DNA from: Gloeobacterales cyanobacterium
GTDB taxonomy: Bacteria; Cyanobacteriota; Cyanobacteriia; Gloeobacterales; PMM-0068
Direction of reading: 5' to 3'
DNA: 64,000 bases
Assembly (NCBI GenBank): GCA_038245785.1
Contig: JBBRSB010000003.1
Span: 32,001 to 96,000, forward strand
A program made the position numbers and the translations under genes. A model generated the notes under the pieces. That model was given only the letters and a program-made list of their open reading frames with translations, ran no database searches and was not told where the DNA came from. Within the stretch, counting starts at the first letter, position 1. Each line of letters opens with the position of its first letter. Below are positions 1 to 9,580 of this stretch, one piece after another.

Positions 1-160
1 TGTCATGAAATGAATGATGGGCAGGCATTTCCCAATTGGAGCATCCTTTCAGGCTGAAAACGGTGTTCTACAATTCATATGGGCTTGCCAATCTAAACCG
101 CAGCTTCAACAATTAAGCTAGGTGATCATCACTGTTAGGCGCAGCTAGCGGTTCGTTAGT

Positions 161-1951
161 CTAATGAACTTCAGCTGTGGCTGCCCCTAGTTGGATAGCA
201 TAGAGGTTCGCGTAAATACCCTGTTGTGTGATCAGCTGATCGTGGGTACCGTGCTCCACGATTTGCCCCTGCTGAATCACTAACACCTGATCTGCCTGGG
301 TAACAGTGCTGAGGCGGTGAGCAATCACAAAGCTGGTACGGCCCTGGAGCAAGCGAGCAATCGCCGTTTGTACCAGCGCTTCTGTCCGCGTATCAATGCT
401 GCTGGTCGCTTCGTCGAGAATCAGAATCCGTGGATCGATCAATACAGCACGGGCAATGCTGATCAACTGTCTCTGCCCCTGACTAAACGGCGCACCCCGT
501 TCGCCTAACTGAGTCGCATAGCCCTGCGGAAGCAAGGTGATGAACTCATGGACATTGGCTGCTTGAGCCGCCACTTCGATCTCTGCCTGCGTCGCCTGTG
601 GACGGCCAAAGGCAATATTTTCAGCCACTGTACCGCTGAACAAGAGATTGTCTTGCAGAACAATCCCAATTTGGCGGCGCAAACTCGCCTGCGTCACGCT
701 GCGCACATCGATCCCATCGATTTTGACGGCACCCCCAGACACATCGTAGAAACGCAAAATCAGATTGATAATACTACTTTTGCCTGCGCCCGTCGGACCG
801 ACCAGCGCGATCATCTGTCCTGGTTGAGCATGCAGATTAACCTCTTTGAGCACCTGTTTCTGGGAAGTGTAGCCAAAGGTGACGTTCTCGAACGTTACCT
901 CCCCCCGCATCGCTGGCATCTCCGTAGCGGTGGGAGCGTCTTGGAGCTGTATGGACTCATCTAGTAATGAAAAGATTCGCTCTAATGCGGCAAAGGCAGA
1001 CTGTGCTTGAGTATAAAACTGGCTGAGGATCTGGATCGGGCGGAAAAACTGCTGCACATAAAGCAAGAAAGAGGTCACCACACCCACGGTAATTGCTCCG
1101 GTCACTGCCAGATAGCCTCCATAGGCCAGTACACCTGCTGTCGCCAGGGTGTTGAGAAGATCAATCGAGGGCAAAAATGCGGCCGTAATTACAACGGCTT
1201 GCACATTGGCGTCCCGATTGGCGGCGTTCAAGATGCCAAATTCTTCAATGTTGAGCTGGACATGATTAAAAGCCTGGGCTTCCCGCACGCTGCCAATATC
1301 TTCTTCTAGTCGGGCCGAAAGGTTGCCTATCGTCTGGCGCGTGACCCGAAATCTCGTTCTTGCCCAACGAGCAAACAGGGCCGTAGTAAAAATCATCAGC
1401 GGTATGGCCAGATTGCTCACCAGACCAAGTTGTAGATTGATGGCAAGCATGGCAATAACGATGCCAATTAAGCTAAATAAATTGCCCAACATTTGAGCAA
1501 TCGTCAGTCCAAAGGCCTGGTTGACCGTGTTGACATCATTGAGTAGACGGCTCATCAAGTCGCCTGCCTCGCTCCGATCGAAAAAGCTCAGGGGCAGACT
1601 CTGAATTTTCGTGAAAATGTCTTGCCGCAGCTGCGCGAGTACGCGCTGCATAATCGAACCAACCCGCAAAATTTGACCCCGGATGGCTAACAAACCTGTC
1701 AGGTAAATCAGTGCCAATAGTCCTAAGAGCAGCAGCAATCCCCGCAGATCTCCCTGGGCAATGAAACGATCTAGCGACCAGCCGATAAAGAATGGTCCAA
1801 TAGCCTGGGTTGCAGCCCCAATCAAGATGAAGGTAAGAGCGAGCGGAATTTCTTGGCGATAGGGGCGCAGGTACTGTAAAAAACGCAGCAGCGTGGAGAC
1901 TGGCCGACCTGCATTTTGCTCGGCAGCGACGATAGGACCGATAGTTCTCAT
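161..1951 (-). CDS. ABC exporter, fused TMD+NBD (half of a heterodimer)
   Basis: Multi-TM N-terminal half; Walker A GPTGAGKS, signature FSQGQ, Walker B ILILDE, switch IAHR. Confidence 0.93.
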   Translation of the reverse strand: MRTIGPIVAAEQNAGRPVSTLLRFLQYLRPYRQEIPLALTFILIGAATQAIGPFFIGWSLDRFIAQGDLRGLLLLLGLLALIYLTGLLAIRGQILRVGSIMQRVLAQLRQDIFTKIQSLPLSFFDRSEAGDLMSRLLNDVNTVNQAFGLTIAQMLGNLFSLIGIVIAMLAINLQLGLVSNLAIPLMIFTTALFARWARTRFRVTRQTIGNLSARLEEDIGSVREAQAFNHVQLNIEEFGILNAANRDANVQAVVITAAFLPSIDLLNTLATAGVLAYGGYLAVTGAITVGVVTSFLLYVQQFFRPIQILSQFYTQAQSAFAALERIFSLLDESIQLQDAPTATEMPAMRGEVTFENVTFGYTSQKQVLKEVNLHAQPGQMIALVGPTGAGKSSIINLILRFYDVSGGAVKIDGIDVRSVTQASLRRQIGIVLQDNLLFSGTVAENIAFGRPQATQAEIEVAAQAANVHEFITLLPQGYATQLGERGAPFSQGQRQLISIARAVLIDPRILILDEATSSIDTRTEALVQTAIARLLQGRTSFVIAHRLSTVTQADQVLVIQQGQIVEHGTHDQLITQQGIYANLYAIQLGAATAEVH

Positions 1952-1958
1952 ATAGTGT

Positions 1959-3755
1959 TCATGCCTTCGCTCCCAGCTTCACCTGTGATTCCAAAATCGC
2001 CCCGTAAAGAGGACTCGTGCGCATCAATTGATCATGGGTGCCTTGGGCAACGAGTCGCCCTTTGTCCATCAGGAAAATGCGATCGGCATTGCGAACGGTA
2101 CTGATGCGTTGAGCAACTACAAAGGTTGTGCACGCCTTTTGTTTCATTAGGTGATCGAGCGCTGCTTGAATTTGGGCGGCTGTTTGGGCATCCACAGCCG
2201 AAGTACTGTCATCCAGAATCAGAATGCTGTAATCTGCCAGCAAGGTGCGGGCGATTGCGATCCGCTGCTTTTGTCCTCCCGATAAGCCCACCCCACGCTC
2301 CCCGACAACCGTCTCGTAGCCCTTGGGCAAGCCCATAATAAAGTCGTGGATTTGCGCCGTTTTTGCGACTTCCATTACTTGCTCTAAGGTTGCCTTGGGT
2401 TTGGCATAGGCAATGTTTTCGCGGAGTGTGCCAGAGAAGAGCCTGGTTTCTTGAAAGACAAGGCCAATGTGCGCTCGCAGACTCGCTAAGGTGAAATCCC
2501 GCACATCCTGCCCATCGATGCGAACGGCTCCTGCGGTGACATCATAAAAGCGCGGAATCAAGTTCATGATCGTGCTTTTTCCGGAAGCGGTCATGCCCAG
2601 TACGGCGATTAGTTCCTTGGGTCTGGTTTCAAAGGACACCGCTTTCAGCGCCTCGGTAGTTGCTCCTGGATAGGAAAAGGAGACATCTTCAAACGTGATT
2701 CTGCCAACACAGGTCTGAAAGGGAATCGCATTGGGGCGGTCGCGAATTTCAATCTCGGCATCCACCACTTCGTAAATCCGTTCGGCGGAAGCAGCGGCTT
2801 GCGCGATCGCTGGTGTAGCAAAGCCGATCAGCAAGATGGGTTGCAGAATAAGAGCTAGATAGGAGTTAAACGCCACCAGCTCGCCAATGGAGAATCGGCC
2901 TCCAATCACCTCTGCCCCCCCGTAGCCAAAAACGACCAAGGTCACAAGATTACTCAACAAAAAGATCACGGGAAAGGTATTGCGAATGGCCCGAATCGTT
3001 TCCATATTTGCCTGGAGCAGTTCGTCATTCAGGATCGTGTAGCGTTTTGTTTCTACTGACTCCCGCACAAATGCTTTCACTACCCGAATGCCTAGCAAGT
3101 TCTCTTGCAAAACCCCATTGAGATTGCTCAATTGCTCCTGGACTTGCCGAAATAGTTTGTCATTGCGCGTTAGAAACTGGGCTAATAACCATCCCGCCAT
3201 CGGTATCACGGTCAGGGTGATCAATGCCAGCTGCCAGTTCATCACCAGCAGAATCACAGCGACGCTTACCAGGGTCACCACAGAACCAATCACTTGAATC
3301 AGGCTGGTCCCAAGGAACGTGCGCACTTGTTCAATGTCGTTGGTGACGCGGGTCAACAGTTGAGCGGTTTGCGCTTGGTCATGATAGCTAAAACTGAGAT
3401 TTTGAATTTTGCTGAAAATTTTGTTTCGCAGGTCGTAGGCAACTCCCTGAGAGGCTGCTTCTGCCCAAAAACTTTGACCAAAGTTAAATAAACCACGGCT
3501 AATAGCTGTAACCACCATCGCGCCTGCGCTGTAGAGCACAATCTGCAGATCATTTTTCGCAATGCCTTGATCAATACCCCACCGAAACAGTTGTGGAGTC
3601 ACAGCATTGGCCGCTGTCAGGAGTAGCAAGCTGGCTAGAGCGCCGAGTGAAAGCCAGCGGTACGCATTCAAACTCTGTACTACGCGCTGGAGCGATTGGA
3701 GTGAGGAAGATTCGTGGATCTTCGTTTGCTTTATCCCTGAAGTTGAACCTGACAT
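1959..3755 (-). CDS. ABC exporter, fused TMD+NBD (partner subunit)
   Basis: Walker A GMTASGKS, LSGGQ, Walker B ILILDD, switch VAQR; ends 7 nt upstream of the partner gene. Confidence 0.93.
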   Translation of the reverse strand: MSGSTSGIKQTKIHESSSLQSLQRVVQSLNAYRWLSLGALASLLLLTAANAVTPQLFRWGIDQGIAKNDLQIVLYSAGAMVVTAISRGLFNFGQSFWAEAASQGVAYDLRNKIFSKIQNLSFSYHDQAQTAQLLTRVTNDIEQVRTFLGTSLIQVIGSVVTLVSVAVILLVMNWQLALITLTVIPMAGWLLAQFLTRNDKLFRQVQEQLSNLNGVLQENLLGIRVVKAFVRESVETKRYTILNDELLQANMETIRAIRNTFPVIFLLSNLVTLVVFGYGGAEVIGGRFSIGELVAFNSYLALILQPILLIGFATPAIAQAAASAERIYEVVDAEIEIRDRPNAIPFQTCVGRITFEDVSFSYPGATTEALKAVSFETRPKELIAVLGMTASGKSTIMNLIPRFYDVTAGAVRIDGQDVRDFTLASLRAHIGLVFQETRLFSGTLRENIAYAKPKATLEQVMEVAKTAQIHDFIMGLPKGYETVVGERGVGLSGGQKQRIAIARTLLADYSILILDDSTSAVDAQTAAQIQAALDHLMKQKACTTFVVAQRISTVRNADRIFLMDKGRLVAQGTHDQLMRTSPLYGAILESQVKLGAKA

Positions 3756-3868
3756 CTTTGAAAAGTTGCTTTTACCTCTAGACTAACTCTGAAGACTGGG
3801 ATTCAGTAGCCTCTTTCGTAATCATTCGAGATCTTTCCCTGGGGAGAAGTGTTTGGGGAATATAGACC

Positions 3869-3892
3869 AAAAAAGGGGCCGAAGCCCCCTTT
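3869..3892 (-). terminator. Intrinsic terminator of the fasciclin gene
   Basis: Minus strand GGGGC-TTCG-GCCCC-TTTTTT just downstream of the stop at 3916. Confidence 0.85.
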
Positions 3893-3915
3893 ATACAAAT
3901 TTGTACAGTAGACAT

Positions 3916-4407
3916 TTACTTAGGCATTAAGACCTTATCCACTACATGGATAACTCCATTGTCAGCGGCTATATCAGCTTTAGTAACGTAGGCATCGTTA
4001 ACTTCCACTTTCTTGTCTTCAAGCTTGATGGCAAGGTTGCCACCTTCAACCGTTTTTACATTTCCAGTCTTGATATCTTTGGACAGAACTTTCCCCGGAA
4101 CCACATGGTAGGTAAGGATTTTTGTCAACTTAGCTTTGTTCTCAGGCTTCAGAAGATCTTCTACCGTGCCTTTGGGGAGCTTGGCAAAGGCTTCATCCGT
4201 GGGAGCGAAAACTGTGAAGGGACCTTTACCCTTGAGAACTTTCACCAAATCAGCAGCTTTCAAAGCGGTTGTCAGGGTCTTAAAAGATCCTGCTTTCACA
4301 GCAGTGTCGACCAGATCTGCTGCTTGGACAGCGGGAGCAGAAACGATCAACAACAAAGAAGCTCCCAAACCTAAGGCTTGCTTACCCAACATCGTGTAAA
4401 ACTCCAT
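3916..4407 (-). CDS. Secreted fasciclin (FAS1) domain protein
   Basis: Signal peptide; [11 protein letters not shown] and [14 protein letters not shown]1 motifs. Confidence 0.95.
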   Translation of the reverse strand: MEFYTMLGKQALGLGASLLLIVSAPAVQAADLVDTAVKAGSFKTLTTALKAADLVKVLKGKGPFTVFAPTDEAFAKLPKGTVEDLLKPENKAKLTKILTYHVVPGKVLSKDIKTGNVKTVEGGNLAIKLEDKKVEVNDAYVTKADIAADNGVIHVVDKVLMPK

Positions 4408-5004
4408 TCATACTTGTTTGTTACCTTTCGCAAGATAACTTAATTTTTATATCAGGTGCAACCCTATACAGCCAAAATGCAAGATAAGACATTGGATTGC
4501 CTTGTTTATAGCTTTATAGGCGAGTTTTTCAGAAATCTATTACTGAAAAAGCATGCATATTTTGAGCTGATAGGCCTCTATTTTAGCCATTCCGGTTTCG
4601 GGCGCAGCGTCAGCAGCACCTCTCATATTGATTGAATTAATCCACAGTAATAACTACCAAAACCTAGTATTTACACGCAGGGCAAATAACTGTATAGCAA
4701 CGCGGAAAGCCATAATCCAGTGAGTTTACGGATTTTACTTCTTTCAAAATTGGCATATCTTTCTTAAACTATACTTAATCATGGCTTACTCTATCCTTAA
4801 ACGGATAAAGCAAGTCCATTGATTCTTGTCTCGCCTGTAAAAGGAGCTGCATTTTTTCTTTGGAGAGCCTTCTGCTGACATTTTCCTGTACAAAAATTAC
4901 CTTTGATCCATACCGATTGAGAGCACTGTACTTATATGAAGCAGAGAAATTGCGCCAGTATCAACCTAGTCTTTCTCATCCTCCTTTGATTTCCGTGGAC
5001 ATCG

Positions 5005-5760
5005 ATGAATCTAACAATTCCTTACTCACCCCAAAAAGCAACAAGAATTTTATTTTCTGTCATATTATTTTTGACCTCTGCTGACATCCTTGGCCAAATT
5101 TCTAAATATTTTTGGAATCATGAAAGATTACTGGGCTTTGTGAAACTTTTTGACCTTGATCTTGAAGGCAATATTCCCAGCTGGTACTCATCTGTTGCTC
5201 TACTTTTCTGCGCTTTTCTACTTGCCAATATTACTTCCGTAAAAAAAGACTCACCATACAGTTCTCACTGGAAAGCACTTTCTCTTGTCTTTATCTATCT
5301 ATCGATAGATGAATCCGCACAACTTCATGAAAGATTGAACTACCTCATACATCCACTGATTCATGACAGTAGAGCTCTGAACATCCTTTGGGTTGTCCCT
5401 GGTTCCATTTTTGTAATGACCATTCTACTTACCTATCTAAAATTCTTGAGCCATATTCCCAATAAAATTAAGTTCCTTTTTCTTACTGCTGGAACTATTT
5501 ATGTAGGAGGGGCTGTGGGATTAGAACTGATTGGTAATTATCTTGTAGGAGACTCAGAGATCCATACTTTTTTATCTCAAATGGTTGTAGCTGCAGAAGA
5601 ATTTCTTGAAATGTTTGGCATTGTTGTTTTTATTTATGCTCTGCTCTCTTATATAGAGAACATATCGTTAGATAGTCTTGCTTCCGTTGATAAACACGAG
5701 AAGGTATATACAGGAGCCTCGGTTGAGATTAAGGCTAATCAAGTAGCCATTAGAGAGTAA
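5005..5760 (+). CDS. Multi-pass membrane protein of unknown function (paralog 1)
   Basis: About 7 hydrophobic segments; FDLDxExNIPSWYSS, SIDE..LHE and EE.LEMFG motifs shared with the next gene. Confidence 0.8.
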   Translation: MNLTIPYSPQKATRILFSVILFLTSADILGQISKYFWNHERLLGFVKLFDLDLEGNIPSWYSSVALLFCAFLLANITSVKKDSPYSSHWKALSLVFIYLSIDESAQLHERLNYLIHPLIHDSRALNILWVVPGSIFVMTILLTYLKFLSHIPNKIKFLFLTAGTIYVGGAVGLELIGNYLVGDSEIHTFLSQMVVAAEEFLEMFGIVVFIYALLSYIENISLDSLASVDKHEKVYTGASVEIKANQVAIRE

Positions 5761-5763
5761 GTA

Positions 5764-6522
5764 ATGATCAATCTAAGAATTCCTTACTCGCCTCAGAGAA
5801 TAGCTAGGGCTTTGTCCTACATAGTAGTGCTCCTTACTGCTGCACATACCTTCACGCAAGCCTCTAAATATTTTTGGAATCATGAAAGATTACTGGGCTT
5901 TGTGAAACTTTTTGATCTTAATCGTGAGAGCAATATTCCCAGCTGGTACTCATCCTGCGCTCTACTTTTCTGTGCTTATTTACTTGCCAATATTGCGTAT
6001 CTCAAAAAAGATTTTTCCTATAGTGGACATTGGAAAGTACTTTCCTCCATTTTTGTCTATCTATCAGCAGATGAAGCAGCAGAGCTTCACGAAAAGTGGA
6101 ATTTTCTCCTGCACCCATTAATCCACACTACGGGTCCCCTTGCATTCCCCTGGGTTATACCTTTTTCCATTTTCGTAATCATCGTTTTACTTTCTTATCT
6201 GAAGTTCTTGGGTCACCTCACACCCAAAATTCGGTGGCTGTTTCTTGCAGCAGGAGCTATCTATGTGGGGGCCGCCCTTGGATCAGAGTTGATTGAGGGT
6301 TATCTTCTGGGAGATTCAGGAATAGAGACTTTTGCATTCCAACTGGCTGTAGCGCTAGAAGAATCCCTTGAAATGTTTGGGATCGTGATCTTTATGTACG
6401 CATTGCTATCGTATCTACAGGGTTTATTAGAAAATAGCCCGCCGTCCCTTGATCAGCAAGAGAATAGTTACCAAGCAGTTGTTGTTGAGTTCTCTAGCAG
6501 CGAAAAAGAAGTAAAAGAGTAA
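5764..6522 (+). CDS. Multi-pass membrane protein of unknown function (paralog 2)
   Basis: Colinear with the 5005-5760 protein over its whole length. Confidence 0.8.
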   Translation: MINLRIPYSPQRIARALSYIVVLLTAAHTFTQASKYFWNHERLLGFVKLFDLNRESNIPSWYSSCALLFCAYLLANIAYLKKDFSYSGHWKVLSSIFVYLSADEAAELHEKWNFLLHPLIHTTGPLAFPWVIPFSIFVIIVLLSYLKFLGHLTPKIRWLFLAAGAIYVGAALGSELIEGYLLGDSGIETFAFQLAVALEESLEMFGIVIFMYALLSYLQGLLENSPPSLDQQENSYQAVVVEFSSSEKEVKE

Positions 6523-6543
6523 GAAAGCTGCGCTTAGTCCCAG

Positions 6544-7032
6544 CTAAACCAACTCATCCAGCGCTTTGTGTGTATTTGTATGCTGCTTCACGTTGTCTGA
6601 ATCACGGACATTGCGAACAGGATTAATTACTCGCTTGACATCTGGGCTGTGCGCAAGCACAAAAGCTCCTGCCTCAGGCGTACAAATCTCTCCTGCAGGA
6701 ATCAATTTGAGATGGGGTTTTGCTTTATAGGTCCGTGCTGCTGCTCGGGCGCGCTCAATAAAGTCATCACAGGGGACTACTTCGACGGGAAAAATATCTT
6801 TGGGTAAAGAAACTTGATCGTCTTGGACAAATTCAGTAAAAGTCCCACTGTAAACCAACTTAAACGTAGTCTTGATCCCTCTTTGTACAGATTCTAAGGC
6901 TGTGGCGGGGATAGGCTCTGCCACAAGAACGGGGTCTGCTTTTCCGTCTTCATTGCGCAGCAAGCACGTGGCAATACCTACGACCAAATAGTCCAATCCT
7001 TTGACATCTGCTAGCTCGGCAATAGTCGCCAT
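6544..7032 (-). CDS. Hypothetical protein, resembles a conserved cyanobacterial family
   Basis: 162-aa ORF with EPIP..ALE, ERA.AAARTY and DNVKQH.HTHK-like motifs. Confidence 0.7.
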   Translation of the reverse strand: MATIAELADVKGLDYLVVGIATCLLRNEDGKADPVLVAEPIPATALESVQRGIKTTFKLVYSGTFTEFVQDDQVSLPKDIFPVEVVPCDDFIERARAAARTYKAKPHLKLIPAGEICTPEAGAFVLAHSPDVKRVINPVRNVRDSDNVKQHTNTHKALDELV

Positions 7033-7142
7033 CAGCGTTTCTCTTTATGCTCGGTGCTGCATTGTAGCATCTGCATTTGTCTATACTTCTCTGAAATCTG
7101 TTTCTGGATACGAAGACTGTCGATATTCAGCCGTTTTTCGCT

Positions 7143-7841
7143 ATGCTCTATGGTGGAGACACTAGGGATAGTTATTTGGTACAGGCACCCACTACAGAAA
7201 GTGATCCTTCTGCAGGTACACCCCGTAGGCGCAAACGCCTTCCTTTTCCTAGCCCTACAGAATTACTCTGGACCCTGGTTGGAGTGGGTTTGATGGTGGC
7301 TGGAACCCTCCTCCATCTGGATGTACCCGACCGATTCCCCCAAACTTTTGATTTTTCCCATTGGCCACCTTCCATGCAATGGGACTGGCAGCCTATCTAC
7401 CGTTTTTCCTTTCAAACGGCTGCAGTTTTTCTCTCGGCCTGCATGGGCGGACCTGTAGCCGGAGGCCTTACGCAGATAGCCTATTTAGCCCTAGGCCTGT
7501 ATGGTTTCCCTGTCTTCATTGAAGGCGGGGGCCTAGACTATCTAACCCATCCGGCTATCGGTTATTTGCTAGGGTATATTCCAGCCGCGATTATTACAGG
7601 GCGTTTTGCTTTCCAAGAATCTGAACTTGCTACCCTGCGTCGGCTTTTGACCAGTGCTTTAGCGGGTTTAAGTGTAGTTCATCTGTGTGGTTTAGTTGGC
7701 CTGGTCTTTCGCTTTGGCTTCAGCCCAGAGTGGTCGACCACAGCCTATCAATACTCCCTGCTAACGCTCCCTGGACAAATTCTAGGGGTATTTCTGGTGA
7801 CTGGGATTAGCTTTTTGGTGCGCAAAGTCCTGATTACTTAA
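7143..7841 (+). CDS. bioY: Biotin transporter BioY
   Basis: YLALGLYGFPVF..GGG...IGYLLGY BioY motif; hydrophobic. Confidence 0.9.
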   Translation: MLYGGDTRDSYLVQAPTTESDPSAGTPRRRKRLPFPSPTELLWTLVGVGLMVAGTLLHLDVPDRFPQTFDFSHWPPSMQWDWQPIYRFSFQTAAVFLSACMGGPVAGGLTQIAYLALGLYGFPVFIEGGGLDYLTHPAIGYLLGYIPAAIITGRFAFQESELATLRRLLTSALAGLSVVHLCGLVGLVFRFGFSPEWSTTAYQYSLLTLPGQILGVFLVTGISFLVRKVLIT

Positions 7842-8517
7842 CCACTTGGGCAATTCGCTCCCATTCAATCTGATCGAAGTGGTCTACGACCCAATCGGCT
7901 CGACGATGAAGCATTTGATAGGGAAGGATGGTGGGTATGGCGACTACTTGCATGCCACAGGCTTGTGCAGAGAGAACTCCTGGGTAGGTACTCTCTATGG
8001 CTACACAGTCAGGAGCTTCTATCGTTTGGCCCAGCCGTTGATTGAGCTGCATCAGGGCGATTTGATAGCTCTCTGGGTGGGGTTTGGACTGAGTAACTTC
8101 ATCCCCACAAACCACGACGGAGAATGTATCTTTTAACCCCATTGTAGTTAAAACGGGAAGTACTTCTCGGCGTGGCGCGTGGGTCACTAAGCCCAAAGGA
8201 ATGCCCTGCTGAGCGAGTTGTTTTATACATGCCTGTACCCCAGGCACGAATCTGCAGAGCTGTTTCATACACGACAGATAGAGCGCACTGCGCTTATCCA
8301 CCAGTTCTTGGAGCAGAGCATCGGTGACCGTACGGCCTCTCATTTCTAAGAGGGTGCGCAAAGCCACCGTATCCGTACGGCCCAAACAGACTTCCCGATA
8401 AGCTTCTGGGCCTAGAACCAGACCCGCATCGCGCAGCACTTCATCCGTGAGCATGCGACGCAGGGCCTGGTCTTCAACCACAACCCCACTCAATTCAAAG
8501 AAGACCGCCTTGGGCAC
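7834..8517 (-). CDS. HAD-superfamily hydrolase-like protein
   Basis: SKPHPESY and CVAIES motifs; motif I reads FELSG (Asp replaced), so possibly atypical. Confidence 0.8.
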   Translation of the reverse strand: MPKAVFFELSGVVVEDQALRRMLTDEVLRDAGLVLGPEAYREVCLGRTDTVALRTLLEMRGRTVTDALLQELVDKRSALYLSCMKQLCRFVPGVQACIKQLAQQGIPLGLVTHAPRREVLPVLTTMGLKDTFSVVVCGDEVTQSKPHPESYQIALMQLNQRLGQTIEAPDCVAIESTYPGVLSAQACGMQVVAIPTILPYQMLHRRADWVVDHFDQIEWERIAQVVK

Positions 8518-8523
8518 GAAGGT

Positions 8524-8880
8524 TTACTCACCCTCATCCGAATGAGCGGTCAAGCCTTCAGAACGTAACTGGGAAGCAACCATTTCACATACTTCAGGAT
8601 GGCCCTTATAGACCACACTGCTACCCTCACTATGGGCCTGATAGGCCAGCTGACCGGCTTCGTCTATCCCCAAGCCAGGGACACACTTCACCAGGGCGGT
8701 AATCACATGCTCGAAGGTATTCCAATCATCGTTGACTAGAATTACTCGGCCGTCACGATACTTTTTGGGAATAGTTTTTTCAGCGGGGTCTTTGACGGGT
8801 GCTAGCGGTGAGACTGCAGCCCGAAGCGTCCCACAGCTATCACGTTCGTATAGTGTTGGCAGCACTATTAAATACCTCAT
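8524..8880 (-). CDS. clpS: ATP-dependent Clp protease adaptor ClpS
   Basis: RVILVNDDWNTFEHV...AH.EG motif; start uncertain (ORF open to 8928). Confidence 0.88.
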   Translation of the reverse strand: MRYLIVLPTLYERDSCGTLRAAVSPLAPVKDPAEKTIPKKYRDGRVILVNDDWNTFEHVITALVKCVPGLGIDEAGQLAYQAHSEGSSVVYKGHPEVCEMVASQLRSEGLTAHSDEGE

Positions 8881-8931
8881 ACATATCTGGCTTTTCCCTA
8901 TTCTGATGGCTATTTCTATGAGGGGCAAGTC

Positions 8932-9549
8932 TTAGAGCTCATCATCTTCGTCGTCGATGTGATGACCGTTGCTACTTACTCCATTGGGCCGGTAGGCATA
9001 GGCTGGACGGGGTGCTTTTTGAATATCATCCCGAATTTGCTCTAGGTCTATATAACGGTCTGCCACATTGATCAGCAAATCACTGGTCATAGAGCGTAGA
9101 GATACGACCTCGACCCGCACCCCTTTATAGCTGGCGGCATTCACCGCATAAGCCAAATCACCGTCTCCACTAACCAAGATGGCCGTTTCATACCAGCTCG
9201 ATAAAGACAGCAAATCAACCGCAATCTCTACGTCGAGGTTAGCTTTTTTGGAACCATCGGGCAATTGGACCAAATCCTTGGTAATCACGCGATAGCCATT
9301 GCGTCGCATCCAGAGCAGAAATCCTTGCTGCTTTTCGTTGGCTCGGTCTACTCCCGTGTAAAAGAAGGCCCGGAGTAGACGAGAGCCCCCAGTGAGACTA
9401 CTCAGCAGTTTGGTGTAATCGATTTCGATGCCTAGTTGAAGAGCGGCGTAAAACAGGTTAGACCCATCAATAAATACCGCTACACGGCCCCGATTGTCAT
9501 TACCTCCTTGATCCCAAGAGTTTATCGAGTTGTTATTAGAGCTTGTCAT
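8932..9549 (-). CDS. labA: LabA/DUF88 NYN-domain protein
   Basis: VFIDGSNL, KANLDVEIAVD and SGDGD motifs; probable start MTSS at 9549. Confidence 0.85.
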   Translation of the reverse strand: MTSSNNNSINSWDQGGNDNRGRVAVFIDGSNLFYAALQLGIEIDYTKLLSSLTGGSRLLRAFFYTGVDRANEKQQGFLLWMRRNGYRVITKDLVQLPDGSKKANLDVEIAVDLLSLSSWYETAILVSGDGDLAYAVNAASYKGVRVEVVSLRSMTSDLLINVADRYIDLEQIRDDIQKAPRPAYAYRPNGVSSNGHHIDDEDDEL

Positions 9550-9580
9550 GATGGGCCTCTCAATCAAGTAGTTAGTTGTT

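Noticed and set aside
3776..3796. MerR-like imperfect dyad upstream of the ABC operon
   Set aside because: Only 5/7 symmetry, no clear -35, and no MerR gene in the window
8932..9549. NYN nuclease as a defence system
   Set aside because: Ordinary LabA next to metG; no defence context
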